DNA from: Sphingomonas sp.
GTDB taxonomy: Bacteria > Pseudomonadota > Alphaproteobacteria > Sphingomonadales > Sphingomonadaceae
Direction: 5' to 3'
Length of the DNA: 64,000 bases
Assembly (NCBI RefSeq): GCF_045810705.1
Contig: NZ_JBJMVI010000008.1
Span: 39,142-103,141 of the forward strand
The notes below the pieces were generated by a model, which saw only the letters and a list, made by a program, of their open reading frames with translations, made no database searches and was not told the origin of the DNA. Shown here one piece after another: positions 46,967-56,969 of this stretch (its first letter is position 1; each line of letters opens with the position of its first letter). The position numbers and the translations under genes are program-made.

Positions 46967-48739
46967 ATGGCGGACGATACGAAATCGGGGAGCGCGATCC
47001 CGACGCTCGAGGATTGGCAGCACTGGACGCTGGTGATGGGCCGCGCACAGCAGATGCTGATGGAGTTCTGGGCGGAGAGCCTGAACAAGGACCAGCCTTT
47101 TCCCGCATGGTCGCCGCCAGCCTTCGGATTCGGCGAGGCGCAGGGCGCGAGCGACCCGATGGCGCTGATGAGCGCCGGCGCACAGGCCTGGGCCAAGGGC
47201 CTCGAGACCTGGGGCAAGATGCTCGGCGGGGTTACTGCGACGCCGGCGCCTGAGGAGAAAGAGCGCAAGGATCGCCGCTTCGCCGCGCCCGAGTGGCGCG
47301 AGAACCCGATCTTCGAAACGATCCGGCAGACCTATTTGCGCGTGTCGGACCAGCTGCTCGGGACGGTCGACGAAGTCGACGGCCTCGATCCCGACGCGCG
47401 CGAGAAGCTGCGCTTCGCGACCCGCAGCTTCGTCGACGCGATGAGCCCGTCCAACTTCGCGCTGACCAACCCGCAGGTGCTGAAGCGCACGCTCGAGACC
47501 CGCGGCGAGAACCTTCTCAAGGGCCTCGCCAACATGCTGAACGACATCGCGGCGGGACAGCTCACCCAAACCAAGCCCGGCGTGTTCGAGGTTGGGCGCA
47601 ATTTAGCGACGACGCCGGGGAAGGTGATCAAGCAGACGCCGCTCTACCAGCTGATCCAGTACACGCCGACTACGGATGAAGTGCTGACAACGCCGGTCGT
47701 CATCTTCCCGCCATGGATCAACCGCTTCTACATCCTCGACCTCAGCCCGGAGAAAAGTCTCGTCAAATGGTGCGTCGACGCGGGAATCAGCTTGTTCATG
47801 GTGAGCTGGAAGTCGGCCGACGAGAGCATCGCCGACGCGACGCTCGACGATTATGTGTTGAAAGGCCAGGTCGACGCGATCGACGCGGTACGCGAGCTCC
47901 TTGGCGTGCCGGGCGTCCATGCCGTCGGCTATTGCGTCGCCGGCACGACGCTGGCGGCCACGCTCGCCTATCTCGACGCCAAGGGCGAGGCGGAGAAGGT
48001 CCGCTCAGCGACCTTCCTCACCGCGCAGGTCGATTTCGCCGAGGCCGGCGACCTCAAGCTGTTCACCGGGCCCGAGACGATGGGGCTGCTCGACAAACTG
48101 ACCGCGGAGAAAGGCTATCTTGACGGCCGCTACATGGCCGCGACGTTCAACCTGCTGCGCGGTCGCGACCTCATCTGGAATTACGTCGTCAACAATTACC
48201 TGCTCGGCGAGGAGCCGCCGCCGTTCGACCTGCTTCACTGGAACAGCGATACAACCAACCTTCCCGCGGGCTGGCACCGCGACTATCTCGAGACGCTCTA
48301 CAAGGGGAACAGGCTCGCCGAATCCGGCGCGATCAAAGTCGCCGGGACGCCGATCGATATCGAGCGGGTGAAGACGCCGTCCTACATCCAGGCCGGCCGC
48401 GAGGACCATATCGCGCCGCCGCAGAGCGTGTGGAAGATCATGGACCATTTCGCCGGGCCGAAACGGTTCGTGCTCGCCGGCTCGGGGCATATTGCGGGCG
48501 TGGTGAACCCGCCGGCCGCGCAGAAATATCAATACTGGGTCAACGAACAGCCGTGCGGCACGCTCCAGTCGTTCATCGACGGCGCGACCGAGCACAAAGG
48601 CAGCTGGTGGCCGGACTGGCTCGAGTGGCTCAAGAAACAGGACGGTGAGACGGTGGAGGCCGCGGGCGCGCGTATGCCCGGCAAGGGCAAGCTCAAGCCG
48701 ATCGAGGACGCGCCGGGAGCCTATGTGAAATCGCGCTGA
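46967..48739 (+). CDS. phaC: Class I poly(3-hydroxyalkanoate) synthase
   Basis: PPWINRFYILDL, GYCVAGT (lipase-box Cys), EDHIAP, SGHIAGVVNPP, GSWWPDW. Confidence 0.96.
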   Translation: MADDTKSGSAIPTLEDWQHWTLVMGRAQQMLMEFWAESLNKDQPFPAWSPPAFGFGEAQGASDPMALMSAGAQAWAKGLETWGKMLGGVTATPAPEEKERKDRRFAAPEWRENPIFETIRQTYLRVSDQLLGTVDEVDGLDPDAREKLRFATRSFVDAMSPSNFALTNPQVLKRTLETRGENLLKGLANMLNDIAAGQLTQTKPGVFEVGRNLATTPGKVIKQTPLYQLIQYTPTTDEVLTTPVVIFPPWINRFYILDLSPEKSLVKWCVDAGISLFMVSWKSADESIADATLDDYVLKGQVDAIDAVRELLGVPGVHAVGYCVAGTTLAATLAYLDAKGEAEKVRSATFLTAQVDFAEAGDLKLFTGPETMGLLDKLTAEKGYLDGRYMAATFNLLRGRDLIWNYVVNNYLLGEEPPPFDLLHWNSDTTNLPAGWHRDYLETLYKGNRLAESGAIKVAGTPIDIERVKTPSYIQAGREDHIAPPQSVWKIMDHFAGPKRFVLAGSGHIAGVVNPPAAQKYQYWVNEQPCGTLQSFIDGATEHKGSWWPDWLEWLKKQDGETVEAAGARMPGKGKLKPIEDAPGAYVKSR

Positions 48740-48742
48740 CGC

Positions 48743-49339
48743 CTAGCAGTTTTCATATTTCCAGTTGCGCCGCTTGCCTTCGCTTAGCCACTCGATCGCG
48801 CTTGCGATGCGCTTGTGGCGCGTCGCGTCCTGCCTGGCTTCGGCAATCCACTCCAAATATTCGCGCCGCGCGCTTGGCGGGAACGCCTCGAGGTTCGCCT
48901 TCGCCGGCGGTGCCTTGTCGAGGGCGGCAGCGAAGTCCGGATGGAGTTCCGGCGGCGGTTTGGGCGCATGCTTGGCCTTTCGCTGCGCAGGGGTCTTCGC
49001 CGCCAGTTCCGCCGCTTCACGGATCAGCCGGTCGAGCTCATCGTCGTTCGGTAGCTCGTCGACCGACTGGATTCTACCGAATTGACCCATCGCGCCAACG
49101 GACGAATGGCTGGATTCGAGTTCCTGGCCCCGCCAGAAATTCACCGCCGCATGCGCTTTGAAGGCCGCGGTGATCAGCACGATTTTCCCGCTCATGGTGT
49201 AAGCGGGCATGCTCCATTTGATGGTCTCTTCGGCATCCGGAAGGACGGCATGAACGCGGTTCCGGACCTTCTCGAGTATGGGCCGGGCGAAGGGCTGTGC
49301 CTTGGCGATATAGGCGTCGATGCGCGGTTCGCGGCTCAG
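48743..49339 (-). CDS. YdeI/OmpD-associated (DUF1801) family protein, probable CTG start
   Basis: Frame reads (CTG)SREPRIDAYIAKAQPFARPILEKVR...ETIKWSMPAY...RREYLEWIAEARQDATRHKRI; the ORF track starts late at 49210. Confidence 0.8.
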   Translation of the reverse strand: MSREPRIDAYIAKAQPFARPILEKVRNRVHAVLPDAEETIKWSMPAYTMSGKIVLITAAFKAHAAVNFWRGQELESSHSSVGAMGQFGRIQSVDELPNDDELDRLIREAAELAAKTPAQRKAKHAPKPPPELHPDFAAALDKAPPAKANLEAFPPSARREYLEWIAEARQDATRHKRIASAIEWLSEGKRRNWKYENC

Positions 49340-49557
49340 AATATGCCGCCTCCAATCACCAGGCGGATGACGCCGACGGCAATCACCAGCAGGTTGAGGT
49401 TTCGGCCGGCGGTGCCGCGCGAAATCAGTCCGACCGCCGCGCCGATGATTGCCAGCGGGATGATCAGCCAGTTGAGCCAGCCGAGCAGCGGCAGAAAGGC
49501 GACGAGCGCGCAGATCAGCGCGACGAAGCCGATGGTCAGCGAGGCGACATTGAACAT
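49336..49557 (-). CDS. Small membrane protein
   Basis: 73 aa with three hydrophobic segments. Confidence 0.75.
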   Translation of the reverse strand: MFNVASLTIGFVALICALVAFLPLLGWLNWLIIPLAIIGAAVGLISRGTAGRNLNLLVIAVGVIRLVIGGGIF

Positions 49558-49572
49558 GGTTTCAGCCTATCA

Positions 49573-50478
49573 TCATTCGGGGGCCTGCGGCAGCCGCGGC
49601 GCGCGGAGCATGGCGGTGACGTAAAGCCCGAGTGCGATCCAGATCGCCGGGAAAGCGATTACGTGGACCGCCTTGAGCGGCTCGCCGTACAAAACGGCAA
49701 TCAGGAACTGGAGCGTCGGCGCGATGAACTGGAGCATCCCGAGGGTCGAATAAGGAAGGCGCTTGGATGCGGCGGTGAACAGGAGCAGGGGCGTGGTCGA
49801 GACGATCCCCGCGAGAAGTAGCAAGCCGGTCAGCGCGTTGGTCGAGCCCATGATCGAAGCGCCGGTCGAATGACGCCAGGCGAGCCACACCAGCGCAAGC
49901 GGGCACAGGATCAGTGTCTCGATGCCCAGGCCCGTGATCGCATTGGCCGCAACGACTTTGCGCAACAGGCCGTACAGCGCGAACGTCCCGCACAGCGTCA
50001 GGCTGATCCACAATTGCCCGAGCGCTCCCGCGGCGAGGACGGAAATCCCGGCAGCCGCGATCGCGACGGCGGTCCACTGAAGTCGGTTCAACTTCTCGTG
50101 GAGCACGAAGCGGCCGAGGAGCACGTTGGCGATCGGATTGAGATAATAGCCGAAGCTTGCGGCGAGCAGGTGCCCGCTGTTCACCGCGTAAACGTAGAGG
50201 AGCCAATTGCCGCCGATCAGCAAGGCGGTGACGGCGAGGGTCCCGAGCGTCGTCCGGTCGCTGATCGCCTCGCGGACCTTCGGCCAGCCCCGCGAGAGGG
50301 CAATCAGCAAGGCGAGGAACGGCAGCGACCAGAGCACGCGATGCGCGACGATGTCGACCGGCGCGACAGCGCGGACTGCCTTGAAGTAGAGCGGCAGAAC
50401 GCCCCACAGCGCATAAGCGAGAAGTCCCAGCGCAAAGCCGGTCCGCGTATGTTGGGTCGAAGTCCGGTTCGCGTTCAT
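49573..50478 (-). CDS. rarD: RarD (EamA/DMT) transporter
   Basis: AYALWGVLPLYFK, IVAHRVLWS, NWLLYVYAVN, SFGYYLNP, LQFIAPTLQFL. Confidence 0.93.
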   Translation of the reverse strand: MNANRTSTQHTRTGFALGLLAYALWGVLPLYFKAVRAVAPVDIVAHRVLWSLPFLALLIALSRGWPKVREAISDRTTLGTLAVTALLIGGNWLLYVYAVNSGHLLAASFGYYLNPIANVLLGRFVLHEKLNRLQWTAVAIAAAGISVLAAGALGQLWISLTLCGTFALYGLLRKVVAANAITGLGIETLILCPLALVWLAWRHSTGASIMGSTNALTGLLLLAGIVSTTPLLLFTAASKRLPYSTLGMLQFIAPTLQFLIAVLYGEPLKAVHVIAFPAIWIALGLYVTAMLRAPRLPQAPE

Positions 50479-50601
50479 CGTGGGTGGGCCTAGCGGCGGT
50501 GAAGCCTGCACGAAAGAAGCTGGTAAGCGGCGCGTTGGTTGAAACCGGTCCGTGCGGATGTCAGTTAGGAGCGGCGGCTGCAGAGGAGGGCTGCTTTCCC
50601 C

Positions 50602-51285
50602 GTGGCGCGACTTGGCACCTTGATTCTCGCGACCGCGGCAATTGCCGCGGTACTGACCGGCTGCGAGACGGCCAGGTCTCGACTGCCGCCCGCGGTGCGC
50701 CCGAGTGTCGAGGTCGGCCCGCCGCTCAAGTCGGAGGCATGGAAAGCGCTCGCCACTGCGGAGGACAAGGACCGTATCGCGCGGCTCGGCCTCGCCTGGC
50801 AGGAGGCGCTCGCGGATGCGGCCAAATCCAATGCCGCGGACATCCGTCGCGACGGCAAGCTTCTGCTGCCCCGGTCGGCCTTGCCGCGACCGCAGCCGAC
50901 GCCGGGCAGCTACAATTGCCGGCTGATCAAGCTCGGCAAGGCGACAACCAGCGGCAAGCCCTACGAAACCTTCAAGCCGTTCTTCTGCTATGTCGAGGTC
51001 GAGGGCGACCTGCTGACCATCGTCAAGCAGACCGGCAGCCAGCGGCCCGCCGGCCGCTTGTGGGAGGATGACGATCCGACGCGGCTGGTGTTCCTCGGCA
51101 GCCTCGCATTGGCCAGTGAGGATCAACCGCTGGCCTATGGCGACGATCCCAAGCGCAACATGGCCGGCGTTCTGGAGCGCATCGGACCGTTCCGGTGGCG
51201 GCTGGTGATCCCCTGGCCACAAGGCACTTCGAAGCTCGACGTGTTCGAGCTGACGCCGGTGGACTTCACCCAGCAGCCGCAATGA
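50602..51285 (+). CDS. DUF4893 family lipoprotein
   Basis: Lipobox LTGC; YNCRLIKLG, FFCYV, KQTGSQRPAG. Confidence 0.85.
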   Translation: MARLGTLILATAAIAAVLTGCETARSRLPPAVRPSVEVGPPLKSEAWKALATAEDKDRIARLGLAWQEALADAAKSNAADIRRDGKLLLPRSALPRPQPTPGSYNCRLIKLGKATTSGKPYETFKPFFCYVEVEGDLLTIVKQTGSQRPAGRLWEDDDPTRLVFLGSLALASEDQPLAYGDDPKRNMAGVLERIGPFRWRLVIPWPQGTSKLDVFELTPVDFTQQPQ

Positions 51286-51650
51286 GCGAAGCGGGGCTGC
51301 TCGCCGATCCCGGCGAGGTGCGCGCGATCCTGGTCGCCTCGGCGCAGGCCGGCCAGGCGATCAGCTATTCCGAGGTGCTGGAGTTGCTCGGCCATCACTT
51401 CACCCGCCCCAAGATGCGCGCTCTGTGCAAGGTCCTGAGCTTCGTCGACGATGAGGCAGAGGCGCGCGGAGAGCCCGAGCTTGCGGTGCTCGTGGTGCGT
51501 CAGTCTGACGGGCTGCCGGGCCAGGGCTGGTGGGTCGGCGGGGCGAAGAAGCACGGCTTTACCGGCCTGTGGAACGGACCGAAGGCGGCGAAGCTGATCC
51601 GCAAGATCCAGGGACAAGCGTTCGATTATTGGGCGGGACGCGACGCCTAG
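51282..51650 (+). CDS. Conserved hypothetical protein
   Basis: 122 aa coupled to the upstream gene; PELAVLVVRQSDGLPGQGWW. Confidence 0.7.
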   Translation: MSEAGLLADPGEVRAILVASAQAGQAISYSEVLELLGHHFTRPKMRALCKVLSFVDDEAEARGEPELAVLVVRQSDGLPGQGWWVGGAKKHGFTGLWNGPKAAKLIRKIQGQAFDYWAGRDA

Positions 51651-51670
51651 CATTCGCTAATCGCCCGACC

Positions 51671-52768
51671 GTGATTGATGTGCGCACCTTTATTGTCGAC
51701 GACGACGACGACGGTATCCGGCTGGACCGCTGGTTCAAGCGGCACTTGCCCGACGTCAGTTTCAACCTCGTCTCGCGCTGGGCGAGGACGGGGCAGCTGC
51801 GGCTCGGCGGCAAGCGCGCGGTGCCGGGCGATCGCGTGGAGGCCGGGCAGGAAATCCGCGTGCCGCCGCTGGAAAGCGCGCCGGCCCGGGCGCGTCCGCA
51901 GACCAAGCGCAATCCGCTGACCGAGGACGAGGCGCAATTCGTCCGCGACCTGGTGATCTACGAAGATCCGAACGCATTCGTGTTCAACAAGCCGCCCGGG
52001 CTGGCGACGCAAGGCGGCACGAAGACCCACGAGCATCTCGACCGGCTGCTTGACGGCCTCAGCGATGAAGGCGGACGGCCCAAGCTCGTCCACCGGCTGG
52101 ACAAGGACACGTCCGGCGCCCTGCTGGTCGCGCGCAGCGCCCGCTCGGCGGGTCATTTCGCCAAGGCATTCTCGGGCCGCACCGCGCGCAAGGTCTATTG
52201 GGCGCTCGTCGTCGGCGTGCCCGATGCCGACGAGGGTATGATCGATGCGCCGCTTGCCAAGCAGCCCGGGACCGGCGGTGAGAAGATGCATATCAGCGAA
52301 GAGCATGGGCTGCCGGCGAAGACGCGGTGGCGGGTCATCGACCGCGCCGGCAACCGCGCCGCCTGGGTCGAGCTCCAGCCGCTGACCGGCCGGACGCACC
52401 AGCTGCGTGCGCACATGGCGGCGATCGGCCATTCGATCGTAGGCGATGCCAAATATGGCGGGAGCGATGCCTTCCTGACCGGCGGCATCAGCCGCAAGCT
52501 TCATCTCCATGCGCGGCGCATCCAGATCGACGCGCCCGATGGCGGCAAGATCGACGTGACGGCCGAGCTTCCGGCGCATTTTGCCGAAAGCCTGGCAATG
52601 CTCGGCTTCAGCCCGCTGGCCGGCGATTCGCTGGCGCTCGATCAGCCCAAGGCATCGCCGGCGGCGAAGCAGCGAAAGATCGCCGCGGCGGCCAAAACAC
52701 GGCGGCGCGAGCGGCGCGGCGAGCGGCGAGCGCGTGGTTCCGAGAGCAAGTCCCGAGGCAAGCGCTGA
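51671..52768 (+). CDS. RluA-family (RluC-like) pseudouridine synthase
   Basis: S4-like RLDRWF, NKPPGL, VHRLDKDTSG, TGRTHQLRAH, GDAKYG. Confidence 0.95.
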   Translation: MIDVRTFIVDDDDDGIRLDRWFKRHLPDVSFNLVSRWARTGQLRLGGKRAVPGDRVEAGQEIRVPPLESAPARARPQTKRNPLTEDEAQFVRDLVIYEDPNAFVFNKPPGLATQGGTKTHEHLDRLLDGLSDEGGRPKLVHRLDKDTSGALLVARSARSAGHFAKAFSGRTARKVYWALVVGVPDADEGMIDAPLAKQPGTGGEKMHISEEHGLPAKTRWRVIDRAGNRAAWVELQPLTGRTHQLRAHMAAIGHSIVGDAKYGGSDAFLTGGISRKLHLHARRIQIDAPDGGKIDVTAELPAHFAESLAMLGFSPLAGDSLALDQPKASPAAKQRKIAAAAKTRRRERRGERRARGSESKSRGKR

Positions 52769-53376
52769 TGCATCCGAATGCCGCGTTTCACTGGACGGAT
52801 CGAACCGAGATGCTCGATTTTGTGAGCGTTCGTTCGTTCGCGCACATCTTTACGGCGTCAGCCGTGGCACTGTTCGCGGTCCATGCGCCGGTGATCGTGC
52901 GCAATGGCCGGATCTGGTTCCATGTCGCGAGGCGCAATCGTATCGCCAACCAGCTCGACGGTCGCCGCGCGTTGGTCAGCGTTTCTGGACGCGAAGGCTA
53001 TCAAAGCGCGAATTGGTATGCTTCGGAGGATCAGGTTCCGACCTGGCATTATGAGGCGGTCGAGATCGAGGGTACGGTTCGGCAGCTGTCGGGCGAAGAA
53101 CTAATCTCGCTCGTCGATCAATTGTCAGACGTGATGGAAGGCCGTCATTCGCCCGACAAGCCATGGACGCGAGCGAAGATGGCGCCCGGCAAGTTCGAAG
53201 CCATGACCAAAGCCATCGTCGGCTTTGAACTCGAACCGGTTGAAGTTCGCGGGACTCGCAAGTTCAACCAGCACAAGAACGAAGAGGATCGTGCAGCGAC
53301 GATTGCCGGTCAGCGCGGCGCCGGCCGCGACGATATCGTCGCGGCAATCGAGGAATTGGCGCCGCGTGACAAATAG
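52768..53376 (+). CDS. FMN-binding negative transcriptional regulator (PaiB family)
   Basis: MHPNAAF, YQSANWY, VPTWHYEAV, IVGFE, KFNQHK. Confidence 0.88.
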   Translation: MHPNAAFHWTDRTEMLDFVSVRSFAHIFTASAVALFAVHAPVIVRNGRIWFHVARRNRIANQLDGRRALVSVSGREGYQSANWYASEDQVPTWHYEAVEIEGTVRQLSGEELISLVDQLSDVMEGRHSPDKPWTRAKMAPGKFEAMTKAIVGFELEPVEVRGTRKFNQHKNEEDRAATIAGQRGAGRDDIVAAIEELAPRDK

Positions 53377-54034
53377 GCTGGCGATCTTCGATTGCGACGG
53401 CACGCTGGTTGACAGCGGCGCGACGATCTACGCGGCGCTGAAGGCGAGCATGGAGCAGAACGGGCTCGATGTGCCGCCGCCGAGCGTCAGCCGCCGCGTC
53501 ATCGGCCTCAGCCTCATCGAAGCGATGGCCGCCCTGCTTCCCGACGCCACGCCCGAGCAGCACTTCAAGCTGGCCGAGGATTACAAGCGCGCCTTCATGG
53601 AGTTGCGCACCGCCGGTCTAGTCGACGAGCCGCTGTTCGACGGGGTGCTCGAACTGCTCGATGCGCTGGAGAAGGACGGCTGGCTGCTCGCAGTCGCCAC
53701 GGGCAAATCGGACCGCGGGCTCAGGCATTGCCTGGAGCAGCATGCGATCCATGCGCGCTTCGTCTCGCTCCAGACCGCCGACCGGCACCCATCCAAGCCG
53801 CATCCATCGATGGTCGACCAGGCCATTGCCGAGGCCGGAGCGTCGCCGGCAACGACGATCGTCGTCGGCGATACCAGCTTCGACATGGCGATGGCGGTCA
53901 ATGCCGGCGCGACGGGCATCGGCGCCGGCTGGGGCTATCATGAAGCCGACGAATTGCTCGAGGCGGGGGCTGTCGCGGTCGCCAATCAGCCGGTGGACGT
54001 CCTGAGCTTGATCCGGGAGCATGCCGATGGATGA
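53366..54034 (+). CDS. HAD-IA family hydrolase
   Basis: IFDCDGTLVDS, VATGKS, SKPHP, VVGDTSFDM. Confidence 0.93.
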   Translation: MTNRLAIFDCDGTLVDSGATIYAALKASMEQNGLDVPPPSVSRRVIGLSLIEAMAALLPDATPEQHFKLAEDYKRAFMELRTAGLVDEPLFDGVLELLDALEKDGWLLAVATGKSDRGLRHCLEQHAIHARFVSLQTADRHPSKPHPSMVDQAIAEAGASPATTIVVGDTSFDMAMAVNAGATGIGAGWGYHEADELLEAGAVAVANQPVDVLSLIREHADG

Positions 54035-54254
54035 CGAGGCCGCGCGGCGACGCTTGTTGCTCTACTCGCTCGCGCGCTTTGGCGGGCTCGCGATCTTCAT
54101 CCTCGGGATCGCGATCTTCTACACCGACCTGGTTCGTCCCGGCGGCTGGCCGCAGGTCGGGGCAATCGTCGCGATCATCGGGGTGATCGACGCCATGTTC
54201 GTCCCGAGGCTATTGAAGAAAGCGTGGGACGAGCGGGACCGGCTCGACCGGTGA
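54027..54254 (+). CDS. Small membrane protein
   Basis: Two hydrophobic helices; overlaps both neighbours. Confidence 0.7.
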   Translation: MDDEAARRRLLLYSLARFGGLAIFILGIAIFYTDLVRPGGWPQVGAIVAIIGVIDAMFVPRLLKKAWDERDRLDR

Positions 54255-54943
54255 AGCGCTTCTGGAAGGACGTCGCAGTCGAACCGGACGGCGACGGCTG
54301 GGCGATCAAGCTAGACGGCAAAGCGATGAAGACTCCTGGCCGGGCTCCGATGGTGGTGCCGGTCGAGCGCCTGGCGCACGCGATGGCGGAGGAGTGGCGG
54401 GTGGTTAGTGTAACCGTCGATCCGCGCGCCATGCCGATCACCGGCCTTGCCAATGCGGCAATCGACCATGTGGCGCCGGATCCCCGAAGATTCGCGGAAG
54501 GACTCGGGCGCTACGCCGAGGCTGATCTCGCGTGCTACCGCGTCGAGGGTCCAAGCGCGCTGGTCGGTCGGCAGGAAGAGCGGTGGGACAAGCTGCTGGC
54601 GTGGGCGCGACGACGCTACGACGTGGACTTCGTCATCACCTCGGGACTTATTCACGTCGCTCAGCCGCCGGCGACGGTCGAGCGCCTGTCGCACGCGCTT
54701 GCCGCGCTCGATCCATTTCGCCTCGCCGGCCTGTCCCCGCTGGTGACGATCGGAGGCTCGCTCGTTGCCGCTTTGGCGGTGTTGGAGAAGGCCATTACCG
54801 CGGAAGAGGCGTGGGAGGCTGTGAGCGTCGACGAACGGTGGCAACTTGAACAATGGGGCTCCGACCAGGAGGCCGAGGCGGCCATGGAGAACCGTCGAGG
54901 CGACTTCCTCGCCGCTGCGAGGTTCCTCGACCTTCTCGACTAG
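54251..54943 (+). CDS. ATP12 family chaperone
   Basis: KRFWKDV, LDGK..KTP, EEW, MPITGLANAAID, DLACYR, VDERWQ..QWG.D. Confidence 0.93.
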   Translation: MKRFWKDVAVEPDGDGWAIKLDGKAMKTPGRAPMVVPVERLAHAMAEEWRVVSVTVDPRAMPITGLANAAIDHVAPDPRRFAEGLGRYAEADLACYRVEGPSALVGRQEERWDKLLAWARRRYDVDFVITSGLIHVAQPPATVERLSHALAALDPFRLAGLSPLVTIGGSLVAALAVLEKAITAEEAWEAVSVDERWQLEQWGSDQEAEAAMENRRGDFLAAARFLDLLD

Positions 54944-55581
54944 TGCGCGGGGCCGATGAGGTCGCGAACGAAGGTCACCAGGCCGATCCGCCGCGTGCGC
55001 TTCAGCCGTTCGGCGGCGACGATCGCGCGCACCTGCGCAACGCACTGGTCCATGTCGCGGTTGACCAGGACATACTCATATTCGGGCCAGTGGCTGATCT
55101 CCGAGGCCGCCCGCGACATTCGGTCGGCGATCACTTCGTCGCTGTCGGTGCCGCGGCTACGCAATCGGTGCTCGAGCTCGTTCATCGAAGGCGGCAGGAT
55201 GAAGATCGAGACGAGATCCTCGCCCATTGCGGCTTCGAGCTGCTGCGTCCCTTGCCAATCGATGTCGAACAGGATGTCGCGGCCCTCGCGCAGCGCGTCC
55301 TTCACCGGAGCCTTGGGCGTTCCGTAGCGATAGCCGAACACCGGGGCCCATTCGACGAAATCGCCCTCGTCGATCATCGCGTCGAAGCCGGCATCGTCGA
55401 CGAAATGATAGTCGAGGTCGTCGACCTCTCCCGGGCGTTTGGGCCGCGTCGTCGCCGACACGGACATCGTCACGTCCTTGTCCGATTCCAGCAACATCCG
55501 GGCGATAGTGGACTTGCCGGCGCCCGAGGGGGACGAAAGCACGATGAGAAGGCCGCGGCGCTGACGGGTCGGTTGGTCCAT
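54940..55581 (-). CDS. gmk: Guanylate kinase
   Basis: LSSPSGAGKST, SVSATTR, YHFV, YGTP, DIDWQG. Confidence 0.97.
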   Translation of the reverse strand: MDQPTRQRRGLLIVLSSPSGAGKSTIARMLLESDKDVTMSVSATTRPKRPGEVDDLDYHFVDDAGFDAMIDEGDFVEWAPVFGYRYGTPKAPVKDALREGRDILFDIDWQGTQQLEAAMGEDLVSIFILPPSMNELEHRLRSRGTDSDEVIADRMSRAASEISHWPEYEYVLVNRDMDQCVAQVRAIVAAERLKRTRRIGLVTFVRDLIGPAH

Positions 55582-55706
55582 GGCCGACCTTGCTTCGGTC
55601 GAGCCGTGCACGTCAAGCGACCCAATGGTGCAGTGCACAAAAAAGCTCTTGAAATGCCGCAACGCACCCTATATTGTGCAGTGCAGCATATTTGAAGGAA
55701 TGAGTA

Positions 55707-56441
55707 ATGGCAGAAGAAACCAAGGTAGAAGCTGAGGTCGCCCGGAAAGCGGCCGCCGAAGCTCCCGCCAAGGTCGCAGAAGCGGTCGCCGCTACCGTCG
55801 AGACGGTGGTCAAGGAGAGCGCGAAGACTGCCAACCGCACTCATGTCGCCGCCACTCGCCGCGTGAAGCGTGAGCGTGTGGCTCGCAAGACGGTCGCCAA
55901 GGCTGCGACCCGTCGCACTGTTCGCAAAACCCGTACGGCCGCGCGCAAGAGCGCCGCTGCACCCAAGCAAAGGACCCAGACCATGACCAAGAATATCTTC
56001 AACGGCATCGATGCCATTCCGGCGTTCGCGCCGTTCCAGACGATCCTGACCGAGGCCAATGAGCGTAGCCAGGACCTGGTGAAGCGCAGCCAGAAGGTCG
56101 CCGGGGAGCTCGCCGACCTCGCCCGCGCCAACGTCGAGGCGGTCGTCGAGGCCGGCCGCGTCGCCACCGAGGGTGCGCGCTCGATCGGCCAGGACGTTGT
56201 CGCCAAGCAGCGTGACGGCTTCGAGCAGGCCGCGGACGCGATCCGTTCGCTCGCCGAAGCCAAGTCGCCGACCGAATATCTGCAGCTGCAGGGCGATTTC
56301 GCCCGCGCTTCGTTCGACCGTGCGGTCGCCGAGAGCTCGCGCCTGACCGAGTCGCTGGTGAAGCTCGCCGGTGAGGCGTTCCAGCCGCTTTCGAACCGCG
56401 CGTCGGCCAATGCCGAGCGTTTCAATACCCTCGTTGCCTGA
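55707..56441 (+). CDS. phaP: Phasin (PHA granule protein) with Ala/Lys/Arg/Thr-rich N-terminal extension
   Basis: ANVEAVVE...KSPTEYLQLQGDFAR.SFD..VAE.SRLTE...AFQPLSNR. Confidence 0.85.
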   Translation: MAEETKVEAEVARKAAAEAPAKVAEAVAATVETVVKESAKTANRTHVAATRRVKRERVARKTVAKAATRRTVRKTRTAARKSAAAPKQRTQTMTKNIFNGIDAIPAFAPFQTILTEANERSQDLVKRSQKVAGELADLARANVEAVVEAGRVATEGARSIGQDVVAKQRDGFEQAADAIRSLAEAKSPTEYLQLQGDFARASFDRAVAESSRLTESLVKLAGEAFQPLSNRASANAERFNTLVA

Positions 56442-56474
56442 CCCTCTCCCCTCCTAAGTTAGGCAACGACTGTT

Positions 56475-56512
56475 GGCGGCCGCTCCAGTAACGGGGCGGC
56501 CGCCTTTTTTTT
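56475..56512 (+). terminator. Rho-independent terminator after the phasin gene
   Basis: GGCGGCCGCTCC-AGTAAC-GGGGCGGCCGCC stem followed by T8. Confidence 0.9.
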
Positions 56513-56573
56513 ACCACTCTGCTGCTTATTGACGCCTTGCCGCGTTTCCGCGGGCTGCCATATTTTGGGTGTG

Positions 56574-56924
56574 ATGATTCCACGCGTGATCACGATGGCC
56601 AATGAGCCGGGCGATGACGGCCTCGACGAGATCGAGACCGGTGTCGCGACACGCACTCGGCCGAAGACGAAGAAGCCGTCCAACTACAAGGTGTTGATGC
56701 TGAACGACGACTACACGCCGATGGAGTTCGTCGTCCTGGTGCTGCAGCGCTTCTTCTCGATGGGCATCGAGGATGCGACTCGGGTGATGCTCCAGGTCCA
56801 CCAGCAGGGCGTCGCCGTGTGTGGCGTCTTCACCTACGAGGTCGCGGAAACGAAGGTCACGCAGGTGATCGACTTCGCGCGAGAGAACCAGCACCCGCTC
56901 CAGTGCACGCTCGAGAAGGCGTGA
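56574..56924 (+). CDS. clpS: ATP-dependent Clp protease adaptor ClpS
   Basis: [39 protein letters not shown]. Confidence 0.96.
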   Translation: MIPRVITMANEPGDDGLDEIETGVATRTRPKTKKPSNYKVLMLNDDYTPMEFVVLVLQRFFSMGIEDATRVMLQVHQQGVAVCGVFTYEVAETKVTQVIDFARENQHPLQCTLEKA

Positions 56925-56969
56925 TTTCCCCTGCCTTGCAGGGAGGGGAGAAGCGGCTAAAGCGCGGCC

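Noticed and set aside
49573-51282. 569-aa RarD with a long N-terminal extension
   Set aside because: The extension is the antisense of the DUF4893 gene; RarD homology begins at 50478
56537-56564. Possible sigma32/sigma70 promoter upstream of clpS (TTGCCG-N16-CATATT)
   Set aside because: Plausible but too degenerate to support without TSS data
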